This document shows, one piece after another, positions 34,826 to 44,044 of a DNA stretch of 64,000 bases. Positions within the stretch are counted from its first letter, which is position 1. Every line of letters begins with the position of its first letter. Where the stretch lies: positions 186,001 to 250,000 of the IMG/VR virus record IMGVR_UViG_3300049460_000128. One strand, given 5' to 3'. The position numbers were made by a program, and so were the translations under genes. The notes beneath the pieces were generated by a model, which searched no databases, was not told where the DNA came from, and was given only the letters and a program-made list of their open reading frames with translations.

Positions 34826-37804
34826 TTACCACTTGAACAAATCGTTACTTACATCTTCGTTGGTCAAGGTCAAGTCCCACTTCAAAACACCCAAGAGGTT
34901 GTTCAATTTGAAGTCGATGATTGTCTCTTCCATCGTAGTGTGATCAAACGGCAATTCTTTGAACCACTGCGGCAAGTGCGGCTCGTCAATCGGATAAGCG
35001 ATTGAGGTCATACCCATCGGATTTGGCTTCAGTTTGCAAACAATGATCTTCTGACCATCAGTCAATGACATGGAGAAATTGTCGTTGTGCATCTTACGCA
35101 ATTTCATGTAATTGATCGAGGCCAAAACGTGCCCAGCAATGATGTCTCGCTTCTTCTTTTCATTGGCTTTGTGGCCAGCGTAAATGTCCAGCTTACCAGC
35201 ACTTGCATTATTGACCATGTTCGTTTTCTCAGTCAAGCCATTGCACTTCTTAGGCGAACCTTTTTCCCAACCTGGTTTGTTCCTGAACTCTTTCCTGAAC
35301 ACTTTGATCATGTCAAAGATTTCATCCTGGGACTTACCAGTCAGCGTTGCCATCAGCACGTCTTCCAAGAAGTCTTGCATGTATTGTGGCGTGTCTGAAC
35401 GTTTCAGGTCCAAGCCCATAACTTTCAGCTTACCAGGTTTGCCGTCAATGTCGTAGCGCTCACCCTCTTTGTCGTACATGAGGACCGCGTACTTCTTCTT
35501 CTTGATGAACAAGCCCTTAGAAGCGACGAGTTCGCGACCTGCTGCGATAATTCCACCGCGCTCGATGCCAGTGTTGAAACCCTTGTGCATGAACTCTGGG
35601 AAGCTCTCATTGACTGCATCACCAATGCCATCATACAGTTGAATAATGTTGTCACGAGTGAATTCAAAACTTGCATATTCAGGACGCTTCTGCCATACAG
35701 CTTTCGCACTGAAGTAACTGGAGTCAGTATCCGCGTAGATGATTGCCTCACCCTTGAAGTCATACTCACCTGTGATGATCTCGTTAATCTTCGAGTTCAT
35801 GTGTTTGGCAATCGAACGACCAGTCAACGTTACTGATTGACCAATACGTTTGTCGTAGAACTTCATGCTGGAGTTCAACAACGCACCATACAAACTGTTA
35901 AGCAGAATCTTACGCGCTTGCTGACGTTGATTCCAGAATGTCTTCCAATACTTGGCATCCTTTTCATCATTAGCAGTAATGCGCCCATCTTCGATCACAA
36001 AATTGTGATTGACCATTACCTGAGCTACAACCTTGGCATCTTTCTTGTACAGGGCTTTCGTGAACGCGCCCGAGTCCAAATCATTTGCGGTCAGGGTTGG
36101 CAGCAATCCATTTACTTCAGAGATGAAAGCACTTGGATCAGCATCGAAAGTCTTTGCCAAGTTGGTGCTCTTATCAGTCACATATGCGAAAGTTTTCTCG
36201 CGTGCCTGCATCTCTTTACGCTGACGATACCACGTCGCCAGCAAGCTTGGAATCACGCCAACTTTGTCAGTGCGGAAGATCGTGCCGTTTGCAGTAATGC
36301 ACAGTGGGCGACCTTCGTGGAAGATGAAGTTGTACAGTTCATCAGCCCTAAATACCTTAGTTGTGCCATCTTCAAAGTCAACCGTAATTGCATCCTTGGT
36401 ACGAGCCATAACCTTGTCGTATTCCAGAGTAGAGAATACATTTTCCCACAGTTCAGGCTTTGGTACTTTGTTAGCAATCCGCATTGCGATCATGGCTTCA
36501 GTATCCAGCGGACGAATGTGACCATACAACGTCTCAGGACTCATGTTCAATGCGCGCAGCGTTGATGGGTACAGGGAGTTAATGTCGCAGCAACCAATCT
36601 CATCCTGAATACCAGTCTTCGGCTTGGCCACGTATGCGCCAACGGCCGCATTGCTCAAGTCTTCTTCGTCATCATCGTCCGAATCAAATTCTTCGTCGAA
36701 CTCGTCATCAACTACTTCGGCGGCTTTACGGTCAGGGATGACCATACCCAGGTCATGTGCTTCCAGCATGATCGAGTTTTCGATCAAGGCCACGGAGCCA
36801 TTAGTGGTCTTCAACAGCACGCAGTTGGTGTGCGCAATCTGATTGGCCAGTTCGATGAATTTCTTCTTGGCATCAATCTTAACCATCAGCATAACGTCTT
36901 GACGGTTGTATTCAAGGAAGCGTTCAAAGTCCTTCTTGTACAAGTCGTCTAGCGTACCTTCGTAGACGGTCTTGTTTTCTTTCACCTCAATCTCGCCAAC
37001 GAAGTCAAGACGATATGAGTGCAACTGCTGTGGATTGTGCTTCTGATACAGTTCCAGATAGTCAAGGTGAATACGACCCACTGTATCGTAGGTGATACTT
37101 TTCTTCTTGAACTTGATGTACTCACGACGACGTGGCAATTGATTCCACAAACAGAAGCGACGAGTCTCATCTTTGCTGATCACTCGAGTGATTCGATTCA
37201 CCAAATATGGTACGTCGAAGCCGGTTGAGTTCCAACCAGTAATCACATCTGAGTCTTCAATGATATCCAGGAATGCTTTCAGCATATCACCTTCGTCTTC
37301 GAACAAGAAGCTGTTCTCAAACTTGTCATTGATACGCTGTGCTTCTTCGATCGCCATACCTGGAGGTGGCATGCACAGCGTTACCAATTGATTAGCCCAA
37401 CTCAAGTATACGGAAATTGCGGTCACGTTATTGAACGGGTCTTCGGTTGGTGCGAATCCTCGTTTAGTATCAAACGCGACCTCAATGTCGAAAAATGCGA
37501 TATTGAGTGCTGGTGCTTCAATGTTTCGGTAGTTTTCTTCCAGACTGCGGAAGACAGGATTGACATCGCTTTCAAACAAACGCTTGTTTGCTAGGATGTT
37601 TTTTTCACGGTTAAATGCTTTACCGTTATTGGTACTATACTTGCTGAGGGCATCACCAAAAATACTAACATGGTTGCCTCGTGTATCAGGGTAATACAGT
37701 GTGTAGTTACATGGCAGAGTCTTGTGAACTCGTTCTCCATTTACACGTTCAACGACCAGGATCTGATCTTTCTCCCGGACGTGCATCGCATCAATATAAC
37801 TCAT
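34826..37804 (-). CDS. polB: Family B DNA polymerase with 3'-5' exonuclease
   Basis: ExoI FFDIEV, ExoII GWNSTGFD, ExoIII YNRQD; motif A DINSLYPS, motif B KILLNSLYG, motif C YADTDS, KKKY. Confidence 0.96.
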   Translation of the reverse strand: MSYIDAMHVREKDQILVVERVNGERVHKTLPCNYTLYYPDTRGNHVSIFGDALSKYSTNNGKAFNREKNILANKRLFESDVNPVFRSLEENYRNIEAPALNIAFFDIEVAFDTKRGFAPTEDPFNNVTAISVYLSWANQLVTLCMPPPGMAIEEAQRINDKFENSFLFEDEGDMLKAFLDIIEDSDVITGWNSTGFDVPYLVNRITRVISKDETRRFCLWNQLPRRREYIKFKKKSITYDTVGRIHLDYLELYQKHNPQQLHSYRLDFVGEIEVKENKTVYEGTLDDLYKKDFERFLEYNRQDVMLMVKIDAKKKFIELANQIAHTNCVLLKTTNGSVALIENSIMLEAHDLGMVIPDRKAAEVVDDEFDEEFDSDDDDEEDLSNAAVGAYVAKPKTGIQDEIGCCDINSLYPSTLRALNMSPETLYGHIRPLDTEAMIAMRIANKVPKPELWENVFSTLEYDKVMARTKDAITVDFEDGTTKVFRADELYNFIFHEGRPLCITANGTIFRTDKVGVIPSLLATWYRQRKEMQAREKTFAYVTDKSTNLAKTFDADPSAFISEVNGLLPTLTANDLDSGAFTKALYKKDAKVVAQVMVNHNFVIEDGRITANDEKDAKYWKTFWNQRQQARKILLNSLYGALLNSSMKFYDKRIGQSVTLTGRSIAKHMNSKINEIITGEYDFKGEAIIYADTDSSYFSAKAVWQKRPEYASFEFTRDNIIQLYDGIGDAVNESFPEFMHKGFNTGIERGGIIAAGRELVASKGLFIKKKKYAVLMYDKEGERYDIDGKPGKLKVMGLDLKRSDTPQYMQDFLEDVLMATLTGKSQDEIFDMIKVFRKEFRNKPGWEKGSPKKCNGLTEKTNMVNNASAGKLDIYAGHKANEKKKRDIIAGHVLASINYMKLRKMHNDNFSMSLTDGQKIIVCKLKPNPMGMTSIAYPIDEPHLPQWFKELPFDHTTMEETIIDFKLNNLLGVLKWDLTLTNEDVSNDLFKW

Positions 37805-37811
37805 TTTAATT

Positions 37812-37846
37812 CCTCATATCCCATTTTTGGCTGGGTGACCCTATTG
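37812..37846 (-). repeat. 35-bp direct repeat, copy 1 (functional polymerase leader)
   Basis: cctcatatcccatttttggctgggtgaccctattg; 33/35 identical to 38585-38619. Confidence 0.9.
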
Positions 37847-37967
37847 AATTATCACATTTCAGTGATACTTGAGTTTAACAAAGCCATCTAAAAACTCATA
37901 AATAGAAAATGCCAGTCGCGATGTCCCCACATCCACTGGCTCTAACTACTTTCAAGGAGTAATCAGC

Positions 37968-38555
37968 GTGGCTATTTATAGCATCTACACCTTTACCAAT
38001 ATGACTAATCAAAAAGTGTATGTTGGTATATCAAACAACCCAGAACGACGTATGAAGACTCATATTTCTATGTCAAACAACAGTTCAAACTATCTGTTAC
38101 ATAAGGCAATCCGTAAATATGGCGTCGACAAATTTACGTTCAATGTAATAGCTCAAACGTGGACGAAAGAACTGGCATTTTCATTAGAGCAATATTTCAT
38201 TGATGATTTGGCATCGTATTTTCATGACTCTAGATTTGGTGGATACAACATGACCAAAGGTGGCGATGGTGTTGATTCCGAAACTGCTCGTAAAAATATT
38301 CAAAAACGAAATAAGTCGGCGGTTGCCGCTGGCACCCATAATTTTCAAGGCGATACTGGCTCGCAAATGCAAAAGGATAGATTTGCTGCCGGTACACATA
38401 ACTGGTCTGGTGATAATGGCAAGCTACTATCCAAGCAACGGTTTGATGATGGCACACATAATCAATTACTAGTTCATGTATGTCCACATTGCCAAAAACG
38501 AGGAAAAGGGGCAGTGATGTTTAGACATCACTTTGAACGGTGCAAACATCGTTAA
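37968..38555 (+). mobile_element. Free-standing GIY-YIG homing endonuclease (Seg-like)
   Basis: IYTFTN...VYVGISNNPERR, conserved E and N (GGYNMTKGGDG), C-terminal CPHC; GTG start with AAGGAG; own TAAATA promoter; flanked by the duplicated leader. Confidence 0.88.
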
Positions 38556-38584
38556 TTGCATCAACGTATGACATTACTTACTTA

Positions 38585-38619
38585 CCTCATATCCCATTTC
38601 TGGCTGGGTGACCTTATTG
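38585..38619 (-). repeat. 35-bp direct repeat, copy 2 (orphaned original polymerase leader)
   Basis: cctcatatcccatttctggctgggtgaccttattg, followed on the minus strand by ATG TCA TAC GTT GAT GCA (MSYVDA). Confidence 0.9.
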
Positions 38620-38661
38620 TGGTTTGGCAGTCAGTATATGGCTTCTATACTGACTTGCCTA

Positions 38662-38967
38662 TTAACCGTGCCAGGTATTCCACAGTCCCACAATATCAAT
38701 ACACCAGAAGAACAGATTCAAGAACACCCAGAACCCATTCGACCGCATGTAACTTGATACCATGAGCAAACTGCTACCACACAGGTAGAAGAAATACACT
38801 TCAAGCAAATTTGGATTCGGCGCGGTTATTGCCAATGACCCACTTGCTATCATACATGACAGCGTGCCAGCCATTTCAATCCAAAAGACCAGGGGATTTT
38901 CACGCAAGTCCTTGCGCCAATTCTCGATGATCCCGTCGAAGAACTGCTTATTGAAAATATTACGCAT
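38662..38967 (-). CDS. Small multi-pass membrane protein
   Basis: Three hydrophobic segments. Confidence 0.7.
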   Translation of the reverse strand: MRNIFNKQFFDGIIENWRKDLRENPLVFWIEMAGTLSCMIASGSLAITAPNPNLLEVYFFYLCGSSLLMVSSYMRSNGFWVFLNLFFWCIDIVGLWNTWHG

Positions 38968-39427
38968 TGCTATCCTTATCAGTCGGAGCCAATGCCATTA
39001 GCCATTCCGTGAATGTTTCGTTATGAAGAGCATCAGCTCCTCGTTCAGCACGAATGTGCTCTATGGCGTCACCAGGCGTCATACCGCGCTTGATCAACGC
39101 AAGAGCTATAACCAGTGCTGAACGGTTCAAACCCGCGCTACAGTGAACGAGGGTTGGTCCCATACTTGTGAATCTGTTAACAGTTTCAGCAAGCTCATGA
39201 AGCTTTGTCAAATCAGGCATCCAGGCAGCATCGTCGAATGGATAAACAATCGCCATTGTGCCATTAGGAATGTGATAAGTTGGAGCCTTATTTACCGCAA
39301 TGATGTACTGATATCGCATCGCATCAACGGGATTGCCACCAATCCAAAGATTGTCAGCAATCTTGTCTTCGTTGTTGACCAGAACAATTCCGCCAAAGCT
39401 TGACTTCAGTTTGTCACTTATCTTCAT
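38960..39427 (-). CDS. Dual-specificity protein phosphatase
   Basis: CX5R loop HCSAGLNRS; upstream PFDD acid loop. Confidence 0.9.
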   Translation of the reverse strand: MKISDKLKSSFGGIVLVNNEDKIADNLWIGGNPVDAMRYQYIIAVNKAPTYHIPNGTMAIVYPFDDAAWMPDLTKLHELAETVNRFTSMGPTLVHCSAGLNRSALVIALALIKRGMTPGDAIEHIRAERGADALHNETFTEWLMALAPTDKDSNA

Positions 39428-39821
39428 TTAATCCCAATGCCTTTCGGTCACTATCTGACAATTTGTCCAGTGCTTCTTTACGTTGACGAGCAAACTGGAT
39501 GGCCTTGAACTCTTCGTCGCTCATTGGCTTGCCAATTGTTGCCTTATAGACATCAGTCTTACCCTCACGATATGCTTCGTTGGTGACTGCCTTGTCTGGG
39601 CAAATGACCACATTCATGGTAGCCAGATATACTGAACTTCCATTTGGCTTATACCAAGACAGATCACCAACTTCACAATTACGGAAGGTGCCATATTTTA
39701 CAAACTTGGCTTCATTGCTCTTGCCTTGCAGTACATCCTGGACGATTGGCTCGTTGGGATCTTTACTACATGCAGACAGGGCAACCGCCAGCAAACTTGC
39801 TACTAAGAGTGATTTCTTCAT
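39414..39821 (-). CDS. Putative lipoprotein
   Basis: MKKSLLVASLLAVALSAC lipobox. Confidence 0.75.
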   Translation of the reverse strand: MKKSLLVASLLAVALSACSKDPNEPIVQDVLQGKSNEAKFVKYGTFRNCEVGDLSWYKPNGSSVYLATMNVVICPDKAVTNEAYREGKTDVYKATIGKPMSDEEFKAIQFARQRKEALDKLSDSDRKALGLNEDK

Positions 39822-39849
39822 GATTTAATGGGGCGCGAAGCCCCGTTGA

Positions 39850-40128
39850 TTACGAACCGCGACCAGCAGCTTCCAGAATTTCTTCCAGAGTGTCTTGTTC
39901 TTGACGAGCTTTGCTAATGCTCGATTTGAAAGCAACACGAATTGCTTTGTTGAGTACGCCTGGTTTCACGCGCAGTTCTGCGGCTACTTCTTTGACAGTT
40001 TCAGACAGACCAGTGCGCAGGTCTGCGATCTCTTGGGATACTTTGATACCCAAATCAATGGCGTGCTTGATCTTCTTCTTGTCTTCGGCGGTGAGGTCTT
40101 TCATTACATCGAAATCAGTATTAGACAT
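39850..40128 (-). CDS. DsbA/GapR-like dsDNA-binding protein
   Basis: 92 aa helical; pattern KEVAAELRVKPGVLNKAIRVAFK recalls T4 DsbA. Confidence 0.55.
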   Translation of the reverse strand: MSNTDFDVMKDLTAEDKKKIKHAIDLGIKVSQEIADLRTGLSETVKEVAAELRVKPGVLNKAIRVAFKSSISKARQEQDTLEEILEAAGRGS

Positions 40129-40208
40129 GTGTCTTCCTTTGTTATTGTTATTGTGTGTACTGCGGAGTTTTATAATATGATGCTAACTTGATTTCACAAA
40201 ATTGTTTA

Positions 40209-41225
40209 TCAAGTTTTACTGCGTTGTTCGTTGAGTTGATCACTAGCCAGGTTCTTCATCTTTGCTTCAACCTCAATATCCATCCAAGACAAGTGACTCA
40301 ATGCCCAGTCATTGGTGGCTTGATTCCAGCAGTAGTCGGAGTGAGCACGCAAATCACGCAAACTCTTACCAGCCGCCCGTTGTTCATGGAAGTCGGGAAG
40401 TACCAAGGGATCAGCATTAACCAATGCTTCAGGCCTACTGATACTGTAGTGACCTAATGGGCGAACACCACGCCAACTTGCTTTCACATAGTCGATACGA
40501 TGATCGTCAGGTTGAATGAAGTGACCTTCACTCTTAATCCACTCGTGGTGAATGTCCAAGACAATGGCGGCGTGATCGGCCAAGTATTCCAGTTCAGTCA
40601 ATCCGAAAGAGTACTCATCATTCTCAATAGTGATGAGATTTCGCCCATCTTCGCTCAAGCCTTCAAGACCACGAATCAAGCCCGCTACACCACCGGCGCG
40701 ACTGCCTGTATGGATATTGATAGCTGCGCCATTGGGGTGCCAGCCAGTAGCAAAGCCCATCATACGCATCATCTCGACGTGGTATTCGAACTCGGCGATC
40801 GCGCGATAGTATGTTGATTCATTGACTGAATTCAGAACACAGTATTGGCCAGGATGGAATGAAACTCTAACGTCGTATTGGCGTGCGATAGCGCCAATCT
40901 TTTCAAAGCCTGTTTCCATTACTTCGCGCATGGCAGGTTCGCCATATACCCAATTACCAACGTCATGCGTGTAGGCGGGCAGTAGATCAGAACCGAAACG
41001 AATCATTCGTTGTTCTTCTGGAAGCAAGCTGATATGCGTGATCAGACGTTCCGTTGTATCCATGTTGTGGGTCACAAGACCCAACAGCTTGGTGATGAGT
41101 TGATTGTCTGTCAGCTTGCCCAATGACGTGATTGTTGTTGTTTTGGGATTCATTAATCCCTCGGCTGCTTCGTCGCGTGTTGGACTGAGCCAATTACAAC
41201 AAAAACCTAATCTTCCTTGTGTCAT
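40209..41225 (-). CDS. uvsE: UV damage endonuclease (UVDE)
   Basis: RLGFCC, MIRFGSDLLP, SFHPGQY, NIHTG, TIENDE, VLDIHH, EAKMKNLA. Confidence 0.92.
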   Translation of the reverse strand: MTQGRLGFCCNWLSPTRDEAAEGLMNPKTTTITSLGKLTDNQLITKLLGLVTHNMDTTERLITHISLLPEEQRMIRFGSDLLPAYTHDVGNWVYGEPAMREVMETGFEKIGAIARQYDVRVSFHPGQYCVLNSVNESTYYRAIAEFEYHVEMMRMMGFATGWHPNGAAINIHTGSRAGGVAGLIRGLEGLSEDGRNLITIENDEYSFGLTELEYLADHAAIVLDIHHEWIKSEGHFIQPDDHRIDYVKASWRGVRPLGHYSISRPEALVNADPLVLPDFHEQRAAGKSLRDLRAHSDYCWNQATNDWALSHLSWMDIEVEAKMKNLASDQLNEQRSKT

Positions 41226-41361
41226 GAGTAACCGTTCTAGCTGATGATTCAGCTTTTATTATTGTTGAATGCCAGTGTACTATTGGCTATGTGGAATGTA
41301 CAGAAAAAGCAGTGACAGAAGCGCAGATTGCGCCCAGTCATCTATTTAGTATTGTACGTAC

Positions 41362-41850
41362 TTAATACGGGTATGCGTCTGTGTCACGACGTGGGTAATC
41401 GTTGCTGTAATTCCATTCCATGTTGTGTTCACCATATTCCAAAGCATCATCTTTCCACCGCATTTTGGTGGTGATGTGCTCTGAAAACTTCAGAGCGAAT
41501 GCTACTTGACTCGCTTCACTCTCAAAGAAGAATCGATAGTAGCCATGGCTCACAGAGTAACCGTAATCACTATACGGGCGCCCTTTGATTTTTGGTTTGT
41601 GGTAATAACCAAGCCCCAAGTATGCCATGATCACCGTGTCACTCAATACGTGTTCGACGAATTGACGTATCTCGCCTTTGAGACGATTTCGGTTCTCATA
41701 ATCGTAAGTGTCATCCATTAGTTTGATGTGGATGGAGCATTCATACTTGAAGACTGGACATCGGTTATCAACAATAGCCATACCGTGCGGGCAATACCAA
41801 GGCAGCATGCCAGTATCTTCCAGGTGTTTAAGAGTGTGAAGTTGACCCAT
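41362..41850 (-). CDS. Hypothetical protein with an array-like motif
   Basis: FFFESEASQVAFALKF. Confidence 0.65.
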   Translation of the reverse strand: MGQLHTLKHLEDTGMLPWYCPHGMAIVDNRCPVFKYECSIHIKLMDDTYDYENRNRLKGEIRQFVEHVLSDTVIMAYLGLGYYHKPKIKGRPYSDYGYSVSHGYYRFFFESEASQVAFALKFSEHITTKMRWKDDALEYGEHNMEWNYSNDYPRRDTDAYPY

Positions 41851-42860
41851 TATATGTTTGCGAATCTTATAGAGTTTTTGTTCTTGTTCTTACCAACCTG
41901 ATACGGCGCATCAGGATCTTTCACATAGATACTAAAGTGACCTTCATCATATACCATCTGAGCAAATTCTTCCAAGTTAGCCTTACCTTCGGGAGTGTTA
42001 CAGTTGACCGTCAGTTTCTGTACCATGCGATAATTGGAATTTTGCAAACGAAGCATTACCCCCAATGCACCACTCAATATGGCCTGTCGTTCGTTGTATG
42101 GAATAAAGCATTCACCCTTGTAATAATCTTGAAGCGGCATGCAGTCGTATAGATGAATTATAATCACGTCGTTGATGCGTTGAACCACCACCTCAAGTGC
42201 CATACTGCATGGTAGTATGTCAAATGATGCCAATGGATCTAGCAAGATCCGATGTCTCGTTTGCCCAACTTCATAATATGCAGTGACTGACTGATATTCT
42301 TTATCGAGAACCAAAATAGCAGGATCGCCCGTAATTACAGGTACGATTACCTTCGTGCCCTTAATCTTATCCAATTGATTGATCTTGTTTTCGATATGAT
42401 GGCCTTGCAGCTCAAACTCACGCACCATATAACCCAAAGTCTTCGGATCACTCAACGACAGTTTCTTGAGGATCTTGTTGATGGTTTGGATTTTCACCCA
42501 AGGCCACGAACGCAACAGGATGTGACGATAGAAGTCATTCCACTCCTTAGCATCAACGATGCTCGCAGCATCGTTGATGAGCTGTTTCCGTTCCTTGGTG
42601 GTCAAGTATCGGTGTCGCAGTTTGTTGCAAAGTTGATGAAAATCCACGAAGGTGAATGGAGATACAAAGTCATCTTCGTCATCACCAGGTTCAATTGTGG
42701 CAATGGTGAATATGTCGTAGTTGATGTCGAAATTACGTGCCAGTTGTGCGGCAGTAAAGAAGTTTCGTTCACCAGACATCCACAAATCAATTAAGATTTG
42801 TTCGACGGCCAAACGATCTTTTGCTGTATCTAATGAATGAATGATGTCCAGTATTGCCAT
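41850..42860 (-). CDS. ATP-dependent DNA ligase-like protein, apparently catalytically dead
   Basis: Ligase-like DBD (EWNDFYRHILL, TINKIL), LYDCMPL, VKDPDAPY; the KxDG motif position reads VITGD; no OB domain. Confidence 0.62.
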   Translation of the reverse strand: MAILDIIHSLDTAKDRLAVEQILIDLWMSGERNFFTAAQLARNFDINYDIFTIATIEPGDDEDDFVSPFTFVDFHQLCNKLRHRYLTTKERKQLINDAASIVDAKEWNDFYRHILLRSWPWVKIQTINKILKKLSLSDPKTLGYMVREFELQGHHIENKINQLDKIKGTKVIVPVITGDPAILVLDKEYQSVTAYYEVGQTRHRILLDPLASFDILPCSMALEVVVQRINDVIIIHLYDCMPLQDYYKGECFIPYNERQAILSGALGVMLRLQNSNYRMVQKLTVNCNTPEGKANLEEFAQMVYDEGHFSIYVKDPDAPYQVGKNKNKNSIRFANI

Positions 42861-42906
42861 ATGCTCTCCTGACGTCAGGATAACACCATGGCAACACTGT
42901 ACAAAA

Positions 42907-43545
42907 TTAATTGATATCGCGGAGGATTTTGAGGAGTGATCCCAGCTCAGATTGCTTCACGACTGCAAAGCCCTGGCTGTTGAGGAACGTCAGAAAGTTT
43001 TCTGGATTGTTCGTGTTGATATCACGATATTGTTCGGGCAAATCGTCCCATGCTCTCATGAGAGGATGGGTTTTGTTCTTGAGACTCAGAACTGCACCAA
43101 AACTCCATCCTTCATTTGCTTTCTCACGCATCCAGGACGCATGTTGAACTTTTGCCAATTGAGCACACAGAGCCTGATATTCGTCTTGTGGTAAGGTTAA
43201 ATCGGCTACTGCTTGATTGAGCTTTTGATCTTGGGTAGGATTGATGGCAATCTGGAAGTTGCCAGGAGGACTTACACGCTTCCATGCGTCAGCGACTTTT
43301 GCAAGTTCGCTTGGCAACAAGTCGCGCATAAGAGGAATAATGAATTCAGTTTTGTCATTGTATGAACGTCGAACCATGCGCGTAGTTACGGGCTGGCCAT
43401 TCAGATCCAAAGTTTCAACACCAGTCATGATGCCCTGCGGCGCATTGCTCATAACGGTTTTAAACCAAAGACGTCCATCCGTAACAGTGATGTGGTCATC
43501 ACTGACTAATTTGATATATCGTGGAATATTGGCTTGTTTGAGCAT
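42907..43545 (-). CDS. RyR-domain protein
   Basis: LAKVQHASWMREKANEGWSFG...KTHPLMRAWDDLP. Confidence 0.85.
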   Translation of the reverse strand: MLKQANIPRYIKLVSDDHITVTDGRLWFKTVMSNAPQGIMTGVETLDLNGQPVTTRMVRRSYNDKTEFIIPLMRDLLPSELAKVADAWKRVSPPGNFQIAINPTQDQKLNQAVADLTLPQDEYQALCAQLAKVQHASWMREKANEGWSFGAVLSLKNKTHPLMRAWDDLPEQYRDINTNNPENFLTFLNSQGFAVVKQSELGSLLKILRDIN

Positions 43546-43629
43546 TGAAAATCATCCGAATTATTGGTTCATTAGGTATTTATAAAACCCTACTAAATAG
43601 TCTACAACGCCAATCTGGAAGGATCAATT

Positions 43630-44010
43630 ATGAAGAAAGTTGAGAAAATCGACAAAGAACAAGTCTGGAAGCAAGCGTGGAGACCAGCGGCGGCCTATCT
43701 GTATTTGGCAATTTGCTTTGCTGACTTCATTGGCTTTCCCGTATATTACATGGCACTGGCACGCGTCAATGATGCAGCAGTGGTTGAGCAAGCACTAAAG
43801 TTCAAAGATGGTACGGCCCAGGTGGAAGTACTGAAGACATTGCGTCATGAACAAACATGGACACCAATTACCACGGTAGGCGGTGGTATGATTCACATCG
43901 CATTGGGATCAATCATTGGAGTTTCTGCGTGGACACGAGGTCAAGAGAAAATTGAACTGGTGAAACAAGGACCAGGAACTGAGGGCGGTGAGCCTCCTCA
44001 GAATTCGTAA
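43630..44010 (+). CDS. Holin-like membrane protein (GTA 3TM holin-like)
   Basis: WRPAAAYLYLAICFADF, GGMIHIALGSIIGVSAWTRGQEK. Confidence 0.72.
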   Translation: MKKVEKIDKEQVWKQAWRPAAAYLYLAICFADFIGFPVYYMALARVNDAAVVEQALKFKDGTAQVEVLKTLRHEQTWTPITTVGGGMIHIALGSIIGVSAWTRGQEKIELVKQGPGTEGGEPPQNS

Positions 44011-44014
44011 AGGT

Positions 44015-44042
44015 AAAAAAGCCCGGAACCTCCGGGCTTTTC
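44015..44042. terminator. Bidirectional terminator between convergent genes
   Basis: AAAAAA-GCCCGGA-ACC-TCCGGGC-TTTT. Confidence 0.8.
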
Positions 44043-44044
44043 GT

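Noticed and set aside
35960-36195. Polymerase insertion as an intein or intron
   Set aside because: The frame is continuous, with no splicing motifs and no endonuclease motifs.
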